Positions 60,189 to 64,000 of a stretch of DNA of 64,000 nt are shown one piece after another. Source of the DNA: an uncultured Spirochaetota bacterium (GTDB lineage: Bacteria > Spirochaetota > Spirochaetia > SZUA-6 > Fen-1364); NCBI GenBank assembly GCA_963781885.1, contig CAWAHW010000007.1, forward strand, positions 320,001 through 384,000. The letters run 5' to 3'. The notes below the pieces were generated by a model, which saw only the letters and a program-made list of their open reading frames with translations, had not been told where the DNA came from and did no database searches. The position numbers were made by a program, and so were the translations under genes. Position 1 is the first letter of the stretch; every line of letters starts with the position of its first letter.

Positions 60189-61520
60189 CTAGAGGATGTT
60201 CGACGCGAGCTCGGCGAGCTTCGAACGCTCGCCCTTTTCCAGGGTGACGTGCGCGTACAACGATTCACCCTTCATCCGGTCGATCAGGCACGTGAGGCCA
60301 TTGGACCGGGAATCGAGATAGGGCGTGTCGATCTGGTAGGGATCCCCGGTGAAGACGACCTTCGTGCCTTCGCCGGCGCGCGTGATGATCGTCTTCACCT
60401 CGTGCGGCGTGAGGTTCTGCGCCTCGTCGATGATGAAATAGATCTTGGACAGGTGCCTGCCGCGGATATAGGCGAGCGGCGTGATCACGAGCTTCCCGTT
60501 CTCCAGCATGTCGTGGATGCGCTTGCTCTCCGGCGAGCCTTCCTCGAACTGGTTCTGGATCAGCGTGAGATTGTCGAACAGGGGCTGCATGTAGGGATCG
60601 AGCTTGCTCTTGATGTCGCCGGGGAGGAAGCCGATGTCCCGGTTGGACAGCGGCACGATGGGCCGCGCCAGGTAGATCTGCTTGTAGCTGGAGCGCTTTT
60701 CCAGCGCGGCGGCCAGCGCCATGAGCGTCTTGCCCGTCCCCGCCTTGCCCGCCATCGTCACCAGTGGGATGTTCTCATTGAAAAGGGCGTCAAGCGAAAA
60801 GGTCTGCTCCGCGTTGCGCGGCTCGATGCCGTAGGCGCGCCGCTTCTGGATGTGCTTGAAGGCCTTGTCGTCGGCGACGTACGTGGCGAGCGTGCTCTTG
60901 CTCTGGTTCCTGATGATGTAGTACTCGTTGGGAAATGGATTGCGGTCCAGCGTGAACTTGTCCCGCGACACCATGCCTTCCTGGAACAGCTCGTCGATCA
61001 GCGCGCCGTCCACGTCCTCCAGGACGCACTTGCCCTTGTAGAGCTCGTCGATGTTGCCGATCTTGCCCGTCTCATAATCCTCCGCCTTGATGCCGATGCT
61101 TTTTGCCTTCATGCGGATGTTGATGTCCTTGGAGACCAGGTACACGCGGTCCTTGCCGTATTCCGACGCGAGGTGGAAGGCCAAGGCGATGATGCGGTGA
61201 TCGGGCTTGTCCTCCCAGAACACCTCGCCCAGCAGCCCGTCGCGCTTCACGTTCGTCTCCACCAGGAGGATGCCGCCCTTGGGAAGAGGGATGCCCTCGT
61301 TCAGGAGCTTGTCCCCGCCCATGGCGTCCAGCTTGCGGGAGAACTCGCGGGCGTTGAAGTTGATGATCTCGTTGCCCTTCTTGAAACGGTCGATCTCCTC
61401 CAGCACCGTGATCGGAATGACCACGTTGTGCTCCTCGAAAGAGTTCACGCAATCGTGGTCGTGGAGGATGACATTTGTATCCAGCACGAAGATCTTGTTC
61501 GAACCTGACAGGAGCGCCAT
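60189..61520 (-). CDS. PIN-PhoH family protein
   Basis: FVLDTNV (PIN); GKAGTGKT, GFLPG, YIRGR, DEAQN, GDPYQID. Confidence 0.92.
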   Translation of the reverse strand: MALLSGSNKIFVLDTNVILHDHDCVNSFEEHNVVIPITVLEEIDRFKKGNEIINFNAREFSRKLDAMGGDKLLNEGIPLPKGGILLVETNVKRDGLLGEVFWEDKPDHRIIALAFHLASEYGKDRVYLVSKDINIRMKAKSIGIKAEDYETGKIGNIDELYKGKCVLEDVDGALIDELFQEGMVSRDKFTLDRNPFPNEYYIIRNQSKSTLATYVADDKAFKHIQKRRAYGIEPRNAEQTFSLDALFNENIPLVTMAGKAGTGKTLMALAAALEKRSSYKQIYLARPIVPLSNRDIGFLPGDIKSKLDPYMQPLFDNLTLIQNQFEEGSPESKRIHDMLENGKLVITPLAYIRGRHLSKIYFIIDEAQNLTPHEVKTIITRAGEGTKVVFTGDPYQIDTPYLDSRSNGLTCLIDRMKGESLYAHVTLEKGERSKLAELASNIL

Positions 61521-61588
61521 GCGGCCGAGTGTAGGAGGAAGGGGCCCCGGATTCAAGCCTGCCGTGCGCTCCTGTCGTGCGCTCCCGA

Positions 61589-61891
61589 TCAGACCCCGAG
61601 CACCTGCAGGACCACGACAAGCGCAATGGCCGCGAGCACGGGAAATATCGCGTTGCGCGCCTTCAGGGCGAGCCCTGCCGCAAGGACGCCTGCCGCGAGC
61701 CCGATCCACGGCTTTCCGTCCACGACGCCGAGTATGCCCGGAAAGATGAGGCTTCCCAGCGCCGCGTAGGGAAAGTAGGAGAGCCATCGCCGGATCCAGC
61801 CGGGAAGGGCGAGGTCCTGGCCCAGCAGGAGCGGGATGATGCGCGGCACGAATGTCACGACGCACATGCCCGCGATCATGAGCCAGATCAC
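61589..61891 (-). CDS. azlD: AzlD domain protein
   Basis: VTFVPRIIP, LGSLIFP; follows azlC. Confidence 0.8.
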   Translation of the reverse strand: MIWLMIAGMCVVTFVPRIIPLLLGQDLALPGWIRRWLSYFPYAALGSLIFPGILGVVDGKPWIGLAAGVLAAGLALKARNAIFPVLAAIALVVVLQVLGV

Positions 61892-62625
61892 GTCGTCTCC
61901 TCCCGCGCGCGCTCGGGCTCCCTGTCTTCGCCCAGCAGCGCGCCGATGAAGGAGGCGGCGAGGATGGCGATCACGATCCTCCATCCCGACGGAAGCCGCG
62001 GGATCAGAAGCGACGAGCCCCAGGCGATTGCCCCGCCCGCCAGCGCGACCACGCCATTGATCCATGACTTCTTGACGCCCGGCAGAAGGATCGCGATGAA
62101 CATGGCGTACAGCGCCACGCCCATTCCTTTTGCGATCACCGCCGGGATGAGCGAGGAGAAGCCGGCGCCGATGAGCGTCCCGCTCAGCCATGCAAGGTAG
62201 GCGGTGAGCGCGAGTCCGGCAAAATAGGCGGGCGTCAGGGCCGCGTCAAGCGACGCGACGACGAAGGTCTCGTCCGTGATGCCGAAGCCGAGGCCCACGA
62301 GGGAAAGCACGCGGCGCGCCCCGTGCGCCGTGAGCGCGGGAAGCCGGCGCGACAGGGAGATGCTCATGAGGAAGTGGCGGAAGTTCAGCACGAGCGTGGC
62401 GAGCACGATGGCAAGCGCGGAGGCGCCGCCGGCAAGGAGCCCGAGCGATGCGAACTGGCTCGCTCCGGCGTAGACGAAAAGCGACATCGCACCGGCCTGG
62501 AAGAAACCGAGCCCCGCCTGGCGTGCCAGCACGCCGAAGGCCATTGCCATCGGCACGTAGCCCACGGCGATGGGGATGCCCGCCCGGATGCCGCGCAGGA
62601 GCTGCTGTCTGCCCGCCGATTCCAT
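61888..62625 (-). CDS. azlC: AzlC family branched-chain amino acid exporter
   Basis: YAGASQF, NFRH, ITDETF. Confidence 0.88.
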   Translation of the reverse strand: MESAGRQQLLRGIRAGIPIAVGYVPMAMAFGVLARQAGLGFFQAGAMSLFVYAGASQFASLGLLAGGASALAIVLATLVLNFRHFLMSISLSRRLPALTAHGARRVLSLVGLGFGITDETFVVASLDAALTPAYFAGLALTAYLAWLSGTLIGAGFSSLIPAVIAKGMGVALYAMFIAILLPGVKKSWINGVVALAGGAIAWGSSLLIPRLPSGWRIVIAILAASFIGALLGEDREPERAREETT

Positions 62626-62730
62626 GAGGGGCCATCCTAACCCGGAGGGCGTGCCCGTTTCCAGAGCCGCTTCACTCTCGTTCGACGGCAGGGTATCTTC
62701 TACGAAACGTGGATCATCAAGGAGCGCGGG

Positions 62731-63498
62731 ATGGGGCTGATGACGGGCAAGAGGGGCATCATTCTGGGCGTCGCAAACGACAAGAGCATCGCGTGGGGCA
62801 TCGCGCAGAAGCTCCACGCGGAAGGCGCGTCCCTGGCATTCACCTACCTGAACGAGGTCTTCGAGAAGAGGGTGCGGCCCCTGGCGGAAAGCGTGGAGGC
62901 GGACCTCATCCTTCGCTGCGACGTGAGCAAGGACACGGAGGTGGAAGAGGTATTCATGGAGATCGAGCAGAAATGGGGCGGGCTGGATTTCCTGGTCCAT
63001 TCGATCGCCTACGCGGGACGGGATGAGCTTCGCAATCCATTTCACCAGACCAGCCGCGAAGGATTCCGCGTTGCGCTGGACGTGAGCGCGTATTCGCTGA
63101 TCGCCGTCTCCAAATGCGCCGTCCCCCTCATGAAGAACGGAGGATCCATCCTCACGCTCACCTACCTGGGTGCACAGCGGGCAATGCCAAACTACAACGT
63201 CATGGGCGTCGCCAAGGCCGCGCTGGAGGCGACGGTGCGCTACCTGGCCGCGGAGCTCGGGGAGAAGGCCGTGCGCGTGAACGCGATTTCCGCGGGTCCC
63301 ATCCGCACGCTCGCGGCATCGGGCATCTCCAACTTCAGCGAGATCTTCGGCATCATGGAAAACCGCTCACCGATGCATCGATCCGTGACCCAGGAGGAAG
63401 TGGGCAAGTCCGCGCTGTACCTGCTCTCCGACATGGCAAGCGGCGTGACCGGTGAAGTGCACTTCGTGGACACCGGCTACAACATCGTGGGCCTGTAG
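62731..63498 (+). CDS. fabI: enoyl-ACP reductase
   Basis: GVANDKSIAWGIA, YNVMGVAKAALE, SAGPIRTLA. Confidence 0.95.
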   Translation: MGLMTGKRGIILGVANDKSIAWGIAQKLHAEGASLAFTYLNEVFEKRVRPLAESVEADLILRCDVSKDTEVEEVFMEIEQKWGGLDFLVHSIAYAGRDELRNPFHQTSREGFRVALDVSAYSLIAVSKCAVPLMKNGGSILTLTYLGAQRAMPNYNVMGVAKAALEATVRYLAAELGEKAVRVNAISAGPIRTLAASGISNFSEIFGIMENRSPMHRSVTQEEVGKSALYLLSDMASGVTGEVHFVDTGYNIVGL

Positions 63499-63519
63499 CC
63501 GCGCGCCCGACTGCCGCGC

Positions 63520-64000
63520 ATGGCAAGGATACTTTCCTGGAACGTCAATGGCGTCCGCGCCGCGCTTGCCAAGGGCGCATTTGCGCCGCTCGCGGAGCTG
63601 AACCCTGACGTCATTTGCATCCAGGAGGTGCGCGCACGCGCGGACCAGGTTGGGCAGCTCATCGCCGAGCTTCCCCACCAGTATTTCGCGCACGCCCTGA
63701 GGCCGGGGTACTCGGGAACGGCCATCCTTTCGCGCACGCCGGCGCTCTCGTGGCGGGAGGGGATGGGCGACAAGCTGTCCGACGAGGAAGGCCGGGTGGT
63801 GACCGCGGAGTTTCCTTCTCTCTTCGTCGTGAGCGTCTATGCCGTCAACAGCCAGCGTGGGCTTCCCCGGCTGCCGTTGCGGCTGGCCTGGGACGAGAGC
63901 TTTCGCCGCTACGCACGCGGGCTCGCGCGCACGAAACCCGTGCTCTTGACCGGCGACATGAACGTCGCGCATGACGAGATCGACCTGGCGCGGCCGAATG
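63520..64000 (+). CDS. xth: exodeoxyribonuclease III (partial, runs off the window)
   Basis: MARILSWNVNGVRA, CIQE, GYSG, DEEGR, GDMNVAH. Confidence 0.88.
   Translation, partial: MARILSWNVNGVRAALAKGAFAPLAELNPDVICIQEVRARADQVGQLIAELPHQYFAHALRPGYSGTAILSRTPALSWREGMGDKLSDEEGRVVTAEFPSLFVVSVYAVNSQRGLPRLPLRLAWDESFRRYARGLARTKPVLLTGDMNVAHDEIDLARPN

Noticed and set aside
60189-61520. PIN toxin-antitoxin system
   Set aside because: Ordinary PIN-PhoH fusion with no upstream antitoxin ORF.

Overview
High-GC bacterial chromosomal window, most likely from a free-living, anaerobic Spirochaetota (inferred from a Treponema-style FlgM, the small membrane gene after lspA, and spirochaete-type hypotheticals). It is mostly housekeeping and metabolic: purL/purQ, tRNA-Ala(GGC), lspA, acyl-CoA dehydrogenase-etfB-etfA, a LacI-controlled sugar ABC plus alpha-xylosidase locus, argA, a sigma54 activator, a hemerythrin sensor, flgM, proC, serS, aspartokinase-thrB-thrC, rlmE, oppA, fprA, carD-nth-mutT, HU, hisA, aroK, galU, phoH, azlCD, fabI and xth. 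I see no integrase, transposase, cas gene or CRISPR array. About a dozen single-base frameshifts look like assembly errors. The most unusual signals are: (1) two tandem arrays and several solo copies of one palindromic CGG-TA(G/C)N-CCG hairpin family; (2) a second dispersed repeat family of CANGGA-loop hairpins resembling CsrA sites; (3) a V4R/GAF/HD-GYP phosphodiesterase, lipid acyltransferase and enolase-superfamily module that may be an undescribed lipid-signal system; (4) a likely self-activated sigma54 unit with a membrane-anchored Cys4 module; (5) pervasive leaderless promoter architecture. Product calls rest on motif recognition only; no database searches were run.
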